This document shows, piece by piece, positions 13,003 through 25,420 of a DNA stretch of 57,599 nucleotides. Within the stretch, counting starts at the first letter, position 1. Each line of letters starts with the position of its first letter. Below the pieces are notes generated by a model. That model was given only the letters and a program-made list of their open reading frames with translations, had not been told where the DNA came from and made no database searches. Source of the DNA: Perkinsus olseni (lineage: Eukaryota); NCBI GenBank assembly GCA_013115125.1, contig JABANN010000029.1, positions 62,001-119,599 of the forward strand, given 5' to 3'. The position numbers and the translations under genes were made by a program.

Positions 13003-13610
13003 GTTTGGTTGTGCTCATCTTTTCTTCCGAGTCTCGCTGCTTACCAGATCTGGTTGCAAACGTTGAAGCTTGCTCATAGCCATAGCCTACGATTGGTGGT
13101 TATTGGAGCCAATTATAAAAGGCTTAATTCCCCCAATTCGCCGCCCTCTGGGGATCGACGTTACATATCGCTTCGGTTACGCTTTTGCTGCAGTTCCACC
13201 GCCTGAGAACGGCTATATTGGCGAGGCGTTACTCACGTTAGGGATCGGTTGCTTGGAAACACAAATACGGTCTGTGATAGCTCCTAATCTTCTCGAGTAT
13301 TCTTGAAATGATGTGCTCACCAGTGCCTTCTTTGGCTTCCCTCCACCACACATCATTGCAGTCGACTATGTACCATTAAGTGGTGCGGTCGGAGACATCA
13401 CTTATTGCGATAATACGCACGTCCTCGTTATGAAGGAATACAAATCTCGAGGAGAAGTTATCTGGATGGGTTTTGTAGTTACTACGGATGTTTATGTCCT
13501 TATATGATTAATGCTCAACCCTAGTGAGAAGAGATCGTGACCTGGGTAGATCGTGTATTACAATAGGTTGAGACTAGGTTGAGAGTTTCAGTAGGCGAGA
13601 CTCGGTCTGA

Positions 13611-13820
13611 GACAGAACATTTAGGGTAATGTTCTAGATGCTGAGCACCCGAGCAAAGAAGAGTTGAGCAAAGAATTGCAGTGGGGTCGTGGTATAATCA
13701 AAGGCTTGAATTATGCCACGACCCCAGCGCGCTGTTATTGGGTTCCAAGCACTTCAGCAATTGATCGCAATTCGTTGCCCAACTAAGTAGCATCTACTAA
13801 ATTACCCTAAATGTTCTGTC
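13611..13820. mobile_element. MITE-like non-autonomous element, 210 bp, with 20-bp perfect TIRs and 5-bp TSD (TCTGA)
   Basis: GACAGAACATTTAGGGTAAT (13611-13630) is the exact reverse complement of 13801-13820. TCTGA lies at both 13606-13610 and 13821-13825, and there are further nested inverted repeats inside. Confidence 0.75.
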
Positions 13821-14073
13821 TCTGAGGTAGTACCAGCTTGAACTTCCTTGGTTGGCAGTCAAGCCTGCCCATTCACCACTCTGGAAGAATAACGTGGAAC
13901 TGTAATCGTTTTAATCGTCCATGTAATCGTCAAATCGCTGCGAAAAATTTTTGGACCGTGAAAGTCTCATTTTACTTTTGTTACTACAGTAGTACTGGCT
14001 GATAGTGAGTTTCGGCGCCGTTAGCATGTTCGGTTTCCTCATCGCAGTTTGCTAGTCAAGTTTGCTGTAGCGT

Positions 14074-17000
14074 ATGGATGACGGTCAAGCCTCGCTGTTG
14101 GCTTCGTCCAGGCTACCGAAACGCGATTCCGAATGCCGAAGTACTACTTCAGAAGTAGATTCTATGTCAAACTACCATCGGCCAATCTGCCTTCAGATTC
14201 ACACTCCCCTTTAGTAGAACTGCCTAACAGTAGTAGTAAGAGTTTCTTTGAAGAAGCTAAGATAAGTGATGGAGAGGTGGAGGAGGTCAGGAAGTGAGAC
14301 TGGACCTGGGGCATTCCGCTTATCCGATACCCAGTCTGGCGTTGGGCATTTCTGCCCTGCGAAACTATCGTCGCGCGATCGAGGCTAGGGTTTGGGAGAG
14401 GAGCGAATATCGTCAGGCGATTCCTGCAGTTCGCAAGGAAGGTCATCAAAGACAAGCATCTAGCGACATCACAGCTCACGGATGTCCTGTTCCTTGACGA
14501 CTTCGTTTACATGCTTGATCACTACAATATCATAAATAACCCTGCTAAGTGAGCGGCGCACGTGAGAAAGCCCTTATCTAAGCACGACAACAGATACGAG
14601 GCTTACTTCTCTGCAATGGACCGAAACAAGGACGGCTTTTTGGACTTTGACGAGTTTTTGAGGGGAGTTAGTGCTGCGGATCCTAAAACGGTCCACATAC
14701 TCAACAGTTTCACGGGGTGAAGGGTCAATCCCATTGCGATTTGTGAACGAGTCGTGTAAGGTACGAGCGAGGGCAGTACATTTTCGACTTCTACGATGGT
14801 AACAGAAGCAAGACTCTGGAGTTCACCGAGTTCGCTAGGCTAGTAGCTGACTGTGCATCTATGAAGACAAATGATCCTACCAACGAGAAGGTAGGAGGGT
14901 GTAGCTGTGGAAGGCTGACCGCGCTTGGAAGGTACGCAGCATGGCCCTGACCAAGGCCAAGGAGCTTGACATGCTCGGCGATGCTGGCAATTTGCTACAT
15001 TTCGTAGGACCAGAAAATACTGGTGGGGCGACACCTTTTGTGCTCGATCAGTCATGCGTGAAGTTCAAAAAGTTTTACGAGTGTATGCAGAGTGAGAAAC
15101 TTCGAGGCACCAGTCGCCTCTTCCGGTAGGATCATCGGCTAGCTGTCAGGGACGGTTACTATGGAGTACCAGGTTCAATGCCTCTCTCATACGGTTGAGA
15201 CCGAGCGATGGCTCAGTCAAAGCTGATCGTGCTCTCGAAACACCGACGGTGAACTGTTCGACGCTGTTAGCAGACAGCTTCATTTCGTGCGTCTGTATGT
15301 ACTAGACGGTCCGGTCCCGGCCTACTGCTACGCCGCGATCACATTCAGTGGACGGTGTCCATGATGATGACGACACACCAGAAGGTGGAGCGCCTCCAGT
15401 GCAGGAACCAAGTATGCGCCTCGAAGGTCAGCGTGGCGTTTGCGTTGCCGCGCGGAGTCGTGTGGCCCCCCGCAGATATACAGCATGACGACTCTGTTGT
15501 TAACTTCCTCCACGACGTGTCTGCCGAAATCGTGTGCAACTCAGTGTCACGGTCCCCATTCAGTCAACAGCTGCTCGCCTCGGAGATCTCCCCATTGTCA
15601 TTCATAACATCGGCACCGGGTGGGCATCCGAGGTGGTGCTCCTTGCTTTGTAACCGAGTCAACGCTAGGTGGAGAGGGTTATGGTGAGGAGGACAAGTCA
15701 GCTGGTTGCCTGCCCCCTCCAGACCACCGCTCAGCATCTCCAGCCGAACCTGTTGACAACTTGGCTGGTGGGGCGTGCTGGTTGAAACCAAAGATTCGAC
15801 CATCAGGTGAAGAAGAGGCTAGTGGCCCGTCCCTGACCTGGCCGATGTTCGATGCTGCATCGGTTGGCGAGGAGCTTACGAAACGAGGCCGAGCTGCTGC
15901 GAAGAAGTTCGTGCAGAGCTGCCTCTACGAAGTGTCGCCGGAGTGGTGAGCCACGAAGAAATCAGCTTCCCTCCGCGGTGGGTTCACGAGTCTAGGTATG
16001 TGGCATACGTCCAGGAGGCAGAGAGAGACGGGCGGCGGGGCCTGGGAGCCCTTGCCCAGTTTGCGTCCACCGATGACCTTCATCTCATTATTCGTGTAGC
16101 TGCGCGTATCTTGCTCTCCGATGGTGAGGCCCGATATCTCAAGGGTGCGCTCATGTCTCGGTACAAGGTTCGTTCCGTAGCTCTCTCGTTGAGAACGTAT
16201 CAGCACCCGCGAAGATCTTCGGAGGGCTTAACGGACAACTCCTGGACCTGCTCAGCCTCTTTCGGAGTTTCCTCCCGCCGGATTCCCTCACCGGCGATAT
16301 ACAGTACACCAACTATGTATTTTTAGGTTAGACTGAACTGCCGTTACTCATGTAATGCTGCCAGCTGTTTCAGGAGACTATATTGGCCCGGGCTGGTGCA
16401 ACCTGGATACGCTCGCCCTCATTCTGAGCCTAAAGATCCTCTACCCGAGTTGATCAAAGGGGCCTTCATCCGCTGCGGACCTGCCATACTCTCAGATGCC
16501 ATTACTCTTCTTCGAGGAAAGCACGAAGCCGATCCGTCCGACCGACACTTCCTGAGAGAATGCGAGGAGCGTCTGGGCGTTGAGGAGGGCCGACGAATTT
16601 GGAAGTTGGCGAACCGTGAGAGTCCTCTATGGTTCGTGGCGAGTTAATGATCATCGTCGTGATCAGAGTGTTTCGAGTGTTTACCGTTGGCCGTGCTGAT
16701 AGAAGGACGCGTCCTGTGCGTCCACGGCTCTGTACCATCATCTTTGACAGTGCTAGAGGTATAATATCAGATGCGGTCTGGTTTTCTGTGTATACCCTAT
16801 CGCCTCAGCCACTGAAGAAGCTGAAACGTCCGCTGAGGGCAGTGCGAGCTAGCGGGCAGCCATCGGAGAGGATATCGACCAGGATAGTTTCTGAGATGTA
16901 ACTGCAGCGGTCCATTCCCTCATACCCCTTCATAACCTTGCTAGACTCAACCCTCTGACAAGTAGCGCCTATGAAGAATCACCACCCGTTAATACCAAGT

Positions 17001-17835
17001 CTCTGATGAAGAGCAGCCGAGTATCTTTGGTGGTGCGAGCACGAGGGGAGGTCCCACCCACCGGCGTTGGGTCTGCTTGGGGTAAATAGGAACCATTCCA
17101 TGCGCGGCGACGGCAGTTGGTCGTTGTTAGATGGACGCCTCCTGACCGTTATGTCCTGCCTTAACTACTGCGATCGTGTGGCTAACGATGCCGCAGTACT
17201 GCAGCTGATTCTTGACGAATCAGGGATGTTGCGCATCTACCCACGGGTTATCACAGCCTGCCGGTGAGGTGCAGGCAGGGGTCCGACGTCGCGATTCGTA
17301 CCCTTCAGGCCTCGCTTGTTGAAGATGCTGATGGCACAGGATAATAAGTCCGAAGAAGCACCACATCGGTGGCCGATGGTGACACTCACAGGCGTTGAGT
17401 GTCATGATCGCCACCAAGCGCTGCAGGCTTCCAGGCGTAGAACAGCATCACCGAGAACTTGTCGTGCAGCGCGCCGAACCCGAGAGGAGCTCATCAGAGA
17501 TGCCATGCGGAAACCCGCTTGGAACGGTCAGCACCATCGGGGTGGTGAAGCATTACGGATGTTTCCTTGGTGTAGGCGCATCCATCAACCTGGCGAGCCT
17601 GGAAGTCACGCCCGAGACTCCTGGCAGGATACTGAGATCGATCGCCATGAGGCCAGAGTACGTTAGGTGTTTTCGCCGCTCCGCATCGATCCCTATTTTA
17701 TATCAGGTGTCTACAACGTCAGCAAGCTCAGTATCAACACCGTCGCGTGTCTCTGCCATCCTGCAATTCTCCCTCAACGATCGCGGCGACACACCCCACC
17801 ACTGGCACGTCAGACTAGATGAGACCTGTGTGTAG
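14074..17835 (+). CDS. EF-hand-containing PPP-family pseudophosphatase (EFPP/PPP8-like, PPKL/BSU1-related catalytic domain); 3' end approximate
   Basis: EF-hand loops MDRNKDGFLDFDEF and YDGNRSKTLEFTEF. PPP-like domain PAKIFGGLNGQLLDLL...GDIQYTNYVFLGDYIGPG...LLRGKHE with degenerate metal ligands. Confidence 0.75.
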
Positions 17836-18195
17836 CATGATGCTATTGGCTCTTACTATGGAACTTAATTCAATCAGTTTCCACGACGAGGTGTCTCAGC
17901 TTTAGTTTTCTTCCCCCTCCAAGGTCAAATAACTCGGAAAGTTTTCCGGTCTGAGACCGACCGGTAGTCCCTTGCCGACGAAAAGTCGCTGTTTTCGCGC
18001 ACGCCCTGGCGATCGATATCTGGTCGACGCATTTACGTTCGCTCTTCCGTCCCCACTCTAACACGCACCAGCTGGCTCGTAACGATCTTCTGTGTAGATG
18101 CGGTGTCTATAATCCTTCCTCTCGCTGTCGTTGGACTTGTGATTCCCTGTTGATCGCGATCTTTCCGCCAGGGTCGAAAGTTTTCCAACTTCACG

Positions 18196-19326
18196 ATGCT
18201 CTCTCGAGTCTGGTCCAACACCACCCGTCGTTGCTTCGCTTCGGCCACTAAGATGCAGACCTTGAGAGTCTACCGTTACGACCCTCTCAAGCAAGACAAG
18301 CCGCATATGCAGGTATATGTTCTGCCTCGCCATGCTTGACCGCCTTCACTCCCCATCATTTTTAGGAGTTCACGATCGACTTGGGGCAATGTGGCCCGAT
18401 GATTCTGGACGCCCTGATTAAAATCAAGGATACTCAGGACTCCACCTTGGCGTTCAGGTAGAGGCCCTCCTCGCTGTTCTCCTGTCTCACCGTTCACCAT
18501 TGTCAGGCGTTCGTGTCGGGAGGGTATCTGCGGATCTTGCGCTATGAATATTAATGGGAAGAACGGCCTGGCCTGCCTTCAGTACATTGAGCCTGGCGAT
18601 ACACCCATCGACATCCAGCCGCTTCCTCACACGTAGTGACTGGAAGAGGCCTTGAGGGTGACCGGGTTTGTAATAGGTACGTATTGAAGGACTTGGTACC
18701 GGACTTGAGCAATTTTTATAATCAATATAAGAGTATTGAGCCGTGGCTGAAACGTAGACGTGCCAAGCAGCCTGGAGAGAAGGAGTATTATCAGAGCATT
18801 GAGGATCGAGAGAAGCTGGATGGGATGTAGTTTGTCTACAGCGCGAGGTTGGGCTTACCTTGGCCGTCTAGGTACGAGTGCATCCTCTGTGCCTGCTGCA
18901 TGAACTCTTGCCCGTCCTACTGGTGGAACCCTGAGTACTATCTCGGCCCAGCGGTCCTCATGCAGGCATACAGGTGAGGTTGATGGCGGACGGACGGGAG
19001 CCGGAGTCAATGCTGCTTTCGTCTAGATGGATTGCCGACTCGAGAGATGAGTTCACAACAGAGCGCATGGCTTGGATCAACGACTCTATGAGACTTTATC
19101 GTTGTCACGGGATTATGAATTGCACCTCGTGCTGCCCTAAGGGTGAGTGATGGTTCGGTCGACGAAAGTCTACCTGGATGGCTCCCATGCAGGTCTGGAT
19201 CCTGCCAAGGCGATTGCTAAGATGAAGGCCGAGATTGAAGCTGCTTATGAGCCGGGATGGACCAAGATCGTCGCCCAAGAGTCGTTAGCTAATAAGAAGC
19301 GCGAGAGCGGTATGATGTATGCCTAG
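18196..19326 (+). CDS. SDHB: Succinate dehydrogenase iron-sulfur subunit, mitochondrial
   Basis: Spliced exons give [36 protein letters not shown] and [14 protein letters not shown]; presequence-like N-terminus [16 protein letters not shown]. Confidence 0.97.
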
Positions 19327-20044
19327 TTAACGGCAGACCTTTGTTGAACTGACCGTGTATAACAACATGTCATTATTGAGTTTTTACCTGCGCCTACTGG
19401 GCATGCCACCGCCCATCGCGCTGCAAATGAATAGGTAGGGGCCATTGTCGATTGTGGCCGGCAGTCCTATTCTCACCGTTCCGTAGTAGGAAGTATTGGT
19501 ACTTTTTTGACGAGGTGTCGTTGAGTTACTAGTGAATAGTAACAAAATAGGACCGCTCATGTATTGCTTTGTTCCCCCGTGTGAAGCGAGAGAACAAGTG
19601 GCATGAGGCCTACTTCATCGGAGGTTTCTCTTTATGAGTAAGGGAATTGCGTGGTAGAGCGAATATGCACCGCGTTGTGACATCTAGGCATCACATGAAA
19701 CTCATTTTATGGCGAGCTTTTCATTCGCAGGGTCGCTACGTGCCGTGATTCCCGAAGGTCATGTGGAGATCGTAGCGGAACTGCAGGCAATCCGTGAAAG
19801 AACATTCGAGTGTTCAGACCCGTCCGATCATTTACTGTCTCTGTTCTGCGTTCACGGCAAGAATTCATCTCGGTGTATACCAAAGACGAGCGAAACGGGA
19901 TTTCTCTCCGCATTGAGAGTGAGCAGGCGAATCGGGTTCCGCCTGTTTTTCGATCACGACTCGTAACACTAGGCGGGACAACTAGGCAGTGGAGAATAGT
20001 AGTGTCAGGAGCATGCCTGGTCAGAAAAGTGCAGCAACGCTATG

Positions 20045-23000
20045 TCATTGGGCCATGATCTCGTCCTTCGGCTCGGCTGCTGACTGAAAATGACCCACAG
20101 TGGCCGTCGCATGTGGGGATATCGTTGTGCTGACCCTGTTGATGGTGGGAGGTCCCCCACCACCCTGTCGACCCAAGGGAACCACCATGTTGGCTGCGAT
20201 GCGCCTGAGTGAAGCGGGTTAACGGTGAGCCCGATCATCGATAGTACAAGCTACCTCGTCGAGCCGTTGCCCCCTGGGGTGGGCGGGACCATTGCTGAGC
20301 CTCTGCCGAACGCTTGAGTCCCTCCGAAACGTTTCTGCAGAATCTACACGAGAGCTGCACAGAGAAGCTGTGGACGGGATGACCCACGTCCATGGCGTTG
20401 GTCATGTTGTGGCATTGTACAAGCAATTTGTCGTATCTGGACTTGCTCTCCGACAACGACTCCTGCAATTGATTAATTCTAGTATCCTTCCTCTTGGTCG
20501 CTCTCTCCTTCTCCTGAGCCAACCATTGCTGGTGGATGCACTCATGGAGCCCTACGTAAAGTTCCTTCTGCAAGTCAGCATTCTGGGCAATCTTGGCTTG
20601 GTGTAGGTCTGTGAGCTGACTGAGATTCTTATCGAGCTGCATCATCTTGTGCTTCATCATCCACTCCTCCTCTTTATGCTGATGACAAAGAACCATCGGT
20701 GAGTGGATATCGACCATGGGGCTCCATCACTACGGAACTATCCCCCCTCCACAGGAGAGAAGACGCCCTCAGTACTGCCGTAGCGCCCCAGATTACCCGT
20801 AGAATCTGCTGGCTGAGCTGCCCTTCCAGCTCTGCTATGCGACGCTCGAGCTCCTCCGTTTGTCGAGATAGGAGGCCGTCAACTGTGCCACCATCGCTCC
20901 CATTAGAACCTGACATGTAGAACGATACGGGAGGCATCACGCAGTAACCGATCCCACCAGCTTGCTCGAGGAGCTGCTCCAAACGGTCGATGCGCTGTGC
21001 CTGATTGGAAAAGTTGTGACACCCGACGCCTCGGTGAACCTCAACTCACCTGCAGCATCTTCGTAGTCTGCAGCTCCTGCACCAGCAACCGTAGGGATGG
21101 CGCCTTGCTCTCTGAGAATGTGCACTGGTAGCCACTCAAACAGCTAGCCATTCTACTTCCATCGCCACTTGAGTCTGCTCCGTTCTTGGACGCGGAGGGT
21201 GGGGACTAAAGGCGATGGCAATGGAAGATCCAACGTGGATGCTAAGACCCACCCCTGATGGCGAGCGTTCTCCCTCTCTCTCCTTCTCCTGGTTCTGCTG
21301 CTGCTGCTGCTGCTGCTGTCGTAAACTTTCGGTAACCTCTAGCCTCTCGCGCAATACGGCTAGTTCTCGGCGAGATTCATCTCCTTCACGCTGAAGCTAG
21401 GGCATCTCCAGAAGTCTCCTGGCGGCCCGTCCCTACGGCTAGTTGGTTCTGAGCATCATTCGCCTCCTGTAGCTGATACTCCAAAGAAGCCTTGGCTTCC
21501 TGCGCTGCGGCAACTTCAGAGCGGAGCTCCTCGAACTTAGCGGCCTGCTCTTCCAGCTCCTACCATGACAACGACCATAGTTGAAGCCTATGAGGCAGAC
21601 AAAGTCCAGTCCGGCACAAGGTCTCCCACCTCTCGCAGACCACGATTCTCCAACTCCTGGTCGGCAATCTGATCCCTGAGCTCTCGAACATTGGTATCCT
21701 CAGGCTTCACCTCCGGGGCAGCAGGAGAAGCAGCCATCGGTCCTAGGGGTACACCTCGACGAGGAGTCGAACGGGCCAGGGCGCACAGCAACTGTGTTTG
21801 GTGCTCAACCCACCTTCGGCTTTCGGCGAGCCTTTCATTGACGATCCTGCAGTAGAGGGCGACGCTTCCAAGGCAATCGTCTCCAGGCCTGCGATGTGAG
21901 CTCTTCCCGAACTGCGTTGACTGGTCCTCCCACTGCCTATCTCTATGCCGGCCTGCGAGCACCGATCCTTAAGATGCTTGATGATCCTCTTGCAGCGACT
22001 CAGAGTCTCCCTGTGCTTCACGACTAGACCCTGGCTCTTCTCCAGCATTATCGTAAGCTCTTCTACTGAGCGTCGTTGGTTCACATGGCACACGTTCTTG
22101 ATGGCCTTCGCTCGCTGTCCGAACCTGCAATAATCAGACTGAGCAGGAGAGGCTGAGGTGGAGCGGGTGACCTGAGGGTGGAGACGGTCTCAGTGATATT
22201 TGCCAGGCTTGGACTGCAGGTAAGGATGATGCATGTCTTAGAGTTGCCACCGAGGGATTCTTGGAGCACTCGAGTGAGACGAGAGTCTCGATACGGGATG
22301 TGCTTCCTAGGAGCAGTAAGTACTGCAGACTGTGGCAGGATGGTCGTGTGCCATCACTTATCGCCCGCGTTCCCTCCAGGGCTGGTCAAGGCATTGATGA
22401 CGTTACCCAAGGCAGAGAGAGACCGATTGATGCTGCCTGCTTCTACCAGGCGATTTCCCGTGGCGCCTGAGAAACAGCGGCAATCCGTGGCAGAAAGGGG
22501 TCGCTCCAGTCGTACCAGTCTTGGATACCTTCTCCGAACCAGCGAGGTCCACCAGACGAAGGGAGCCTTCCTTCACCGACCTAAGAGGTCCGACCTAACT
22601 CCCACTAGGAGCACGGGCCCTACTCATCAGAACCGTTCTTAGCAGTGGCAGTGAGCATGAGGATAAGATGGGATCTCGAGGAATGTTCATTCATGTTGGT
22701 CACTGCGGCCGTGCCTGCAAGTGTCGCTGTTAGCGATGGCCGAGATCTAGGTTGGTGACTACGATTAGCATGGCCCTCCTTCAGAATTTCAAAAATCAAT
22801 TCCTTGTTATTGATGTACCTGATCGTGCAATTCACTCAACACAGATGCGCATCTCTGATTTTACCGCTCAGTAACTCCTGCTATGAACACCCCCTTCCTC
22901 GGATCCTCCTTGATCTTCAAATGATCCTTCGACAGATCTACAGGGCGCCACTGACTATCCATCACCAGGTTGTCACTACCCTACCCATCAAGTCTCGTAT

Positions 23001-23695
23001 CCTCTCATTGTATATCTCAACTAGGCTAATTCTTATAGTATACTCAATGTCCTCAGGAGCCGTCTCTGCTTCCTCGAACAACGTGTCAACCTGACGACCA
23101 TGGCTGTCCTATCGTCAGGGGCAGCCACCGTTCTCACCATCCGGGGTATGACGCCCATATCGCGGTCGCTGTAGAGGTCAGGACCCTCCATCGTGTACGT
23201 TTTACCGCTTGCAGTTTGTCCATAGGCGAATACTGTGCCGTTGAACCCCTGAGAGTCGCAGAGGCAATTGCCTTAACCACTGTTGATTCGGGCAGGACCT
23301 GCATGACTCCTCGGATGATGGGCTTGGCCGCATACTCGTAAACCTCGCCTTGGGAACAGTCGTGATCGAACACTCTATCGAAAGTGAAGGTACCTCCCTC
23401 CGTCTCCATCGACCTGCAGGATAATGCTCGACAGCCTCGAGGCCATGCCACTACCGATTGATAGAGACACAAGAGGGGCTGCGGAACTGAACACAGTTAT
23501 GACCGCCGCCAGTAACCTGAAGCTCTTGCCGGCTCAAGGGACGGAACCTAAAAAATCATTAAGTTTTTCAGAAGCCGCCGAAATCGCTCACCTGCAGCAG
23601 ACTTTGACATTGATGGCCTCCTCAGGCGCCGCGCCCGAGTTCATCGGGTCAGTGAGGTCGTCCTCGATCGATGCTATAGAAAGGTCCATGGTCAT
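20045..23695 (-). CDS. Kinesin heavy chain (kinesin-1-like): N-terminal motor, coiled-coil stalk and tail
   Basis: [21 protein letters not shown] (P-loop), [41 protein letters not shown] and [17 protein letters not shown]. Confidence 0.92.
21295..21318 (-). repeat. (CAG)8 microsatellite encoding polyQ in the kinesin stalk
   Basis: Plus strand (CTG)8; the ORF reads [12 protein letters not shown]. Confidence 0.9.
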
Positions 23696-25420
23696 GGTAA
23701 ACAACTGTTGGTAGTACAAAATCCCATGCCGGTCATTGGGGCCATCCTCGAGGGATTCGAGGGTGTTCATGATAGCTGGCCGGCCAGAGCGACCTTTATG
23801 TACTCGTTTGTGATTCCATCTCTTCACGAGACTAAAACCGAATGGCGATGTGATAACATCGCCAGTCCCCTTTCGAATGATAATGGCGTTTCGAAAATGT
23901 AGGTATCATGAACGCAAGAGGTGATAGGCACCACATTAGTTAACACCACATCGATCAGCGAATTTATAAAGATTATGAGTATAAGGCAAGGACAGCCTTC
24001 TTGGAAATGTCAGCGTACACGCGGCACAGATCTCTAGAAGTGCCAAACTCCTTCTCTACAGCCCTAGTTGCATTCCCACAGATCTCCCACGAGTCTGCCC
24101 GCATCCTATTGGCATCGGGCGTTCGATGCCAGCGGATATCTTAAATGAGCTTGTTCAGTTGGCCTACCGCCTTTCGGACGATAATCGACTCATCGAGGAC
24201 ACTTAGTGGATCTACACCAAGTTCCACATGAGAATGTTCAGCGAATTGCCACTCGGGCCCATCCACTACGCGATAGCGATGAAGGTAGCGGCGAGCTCCA
24301 TTACAGAAGTGCTACAGAAGAATGAGCAGAGGCTAGACGACACAGACAGCAGTCAGCAGACCATGACTCACAAGTAGCTCCGAAAGGCTCGCCAATCTTC
24401 AGCAGCTGGACAACCGATGAGATTTGTTTGTATGGCCCCGTGGCGCCTGACGTAAAGTCCTAATCCCGACCAGTCCTCTGTGTTCGCTTGCCCCAAGCTG
24501 TGGAAACAGTAGGCATAAGCGTTGTCTCCCGATAAATGCCTTTACCAGAGGAGAGAACTCCTGAAAGCGCACGAGACGTGACAGGACGATTTGGTTCAAT
24601 AAACGTATGCGATTTTCTTTCGCTCCTGGAAGCAGAACCATGAGCTATACTATTCATCGCTTTTCTCTGATAGTGATGCAATCGGAAAGGGCGCATGTTC
24701 TCACGTCATTGAAGGGGCGAGAGGCGGCTCCACCAAGCTCGTTAGCAAGGGATCGGTCCGATGAGAACGACCTCCATATTTGCGGTATAAGTCTTGCAGG
24801 AGGGATCATTGAGGACACCGCGACAAGCACAGGAACTGTACGGTAATGTAGGCTTCATTGCTGCTAATCATAGGATTCCGCTAGGGCAAAACCTATACCG
24901 TTACTATATTGTATTGGCGAGAACTTTGATGATCGGAGATTCCCGCCAATTCACCTGGTGGTCTTCCGAGCACCACCACTGGTGGTCCACAAGTAACCTT
25001 GAGCATCTGCCGCAGATGATCTGCGAACTCGAGGGACGCGACCTGGAAGACCCCAGTGACTGCCCATCCGTAGCTCACATTGATAGCTTCCCGACTACAC
25101 TGGCTCAGTGAGATCAGCCTCGGTCGGAACTAACGTGAGATCCATGATTATGGTAAGCAACTGCTACAGTCGAGGTGCCGAGGGAAATGCTTTTATATGA
25201 TAACGCCACCCCATAGGCCCACAGGGACCACCGAGGGATCGATCGGGGAGCCAAGAACGATCGGAAGCCCGTATAATGCAGTAGCGCGAATTGACAAACG
25301 CAAGGCTGTGTTCGGCTTCCACACAGGGAGAAACTGGAGTTGACAAACATATGAGAAGAATCCTGAGAATAAGTCAAGGGTGCGACTCGAGGGGTACGCT
25401 TGGGGCGGCAAGGTAGCACA

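Noticed and set aside
13304-13306. In-frame TGA as selenocysteine
   Set aside because: No redox motif context, and the downstream hairpin is better explained as a MITE than as a SECIS.
16803-16838. Hammerhead-like string CCTCAGC-CA-CTGAAGA-AGCT-GAAAC-GTC-C-GCTGAGG
   Set aside because: It spans a splice acceptor and encodes PLKKLKRPL, a typical PPP-domain segment; stems II and III have no loops. Most likely coincidence.
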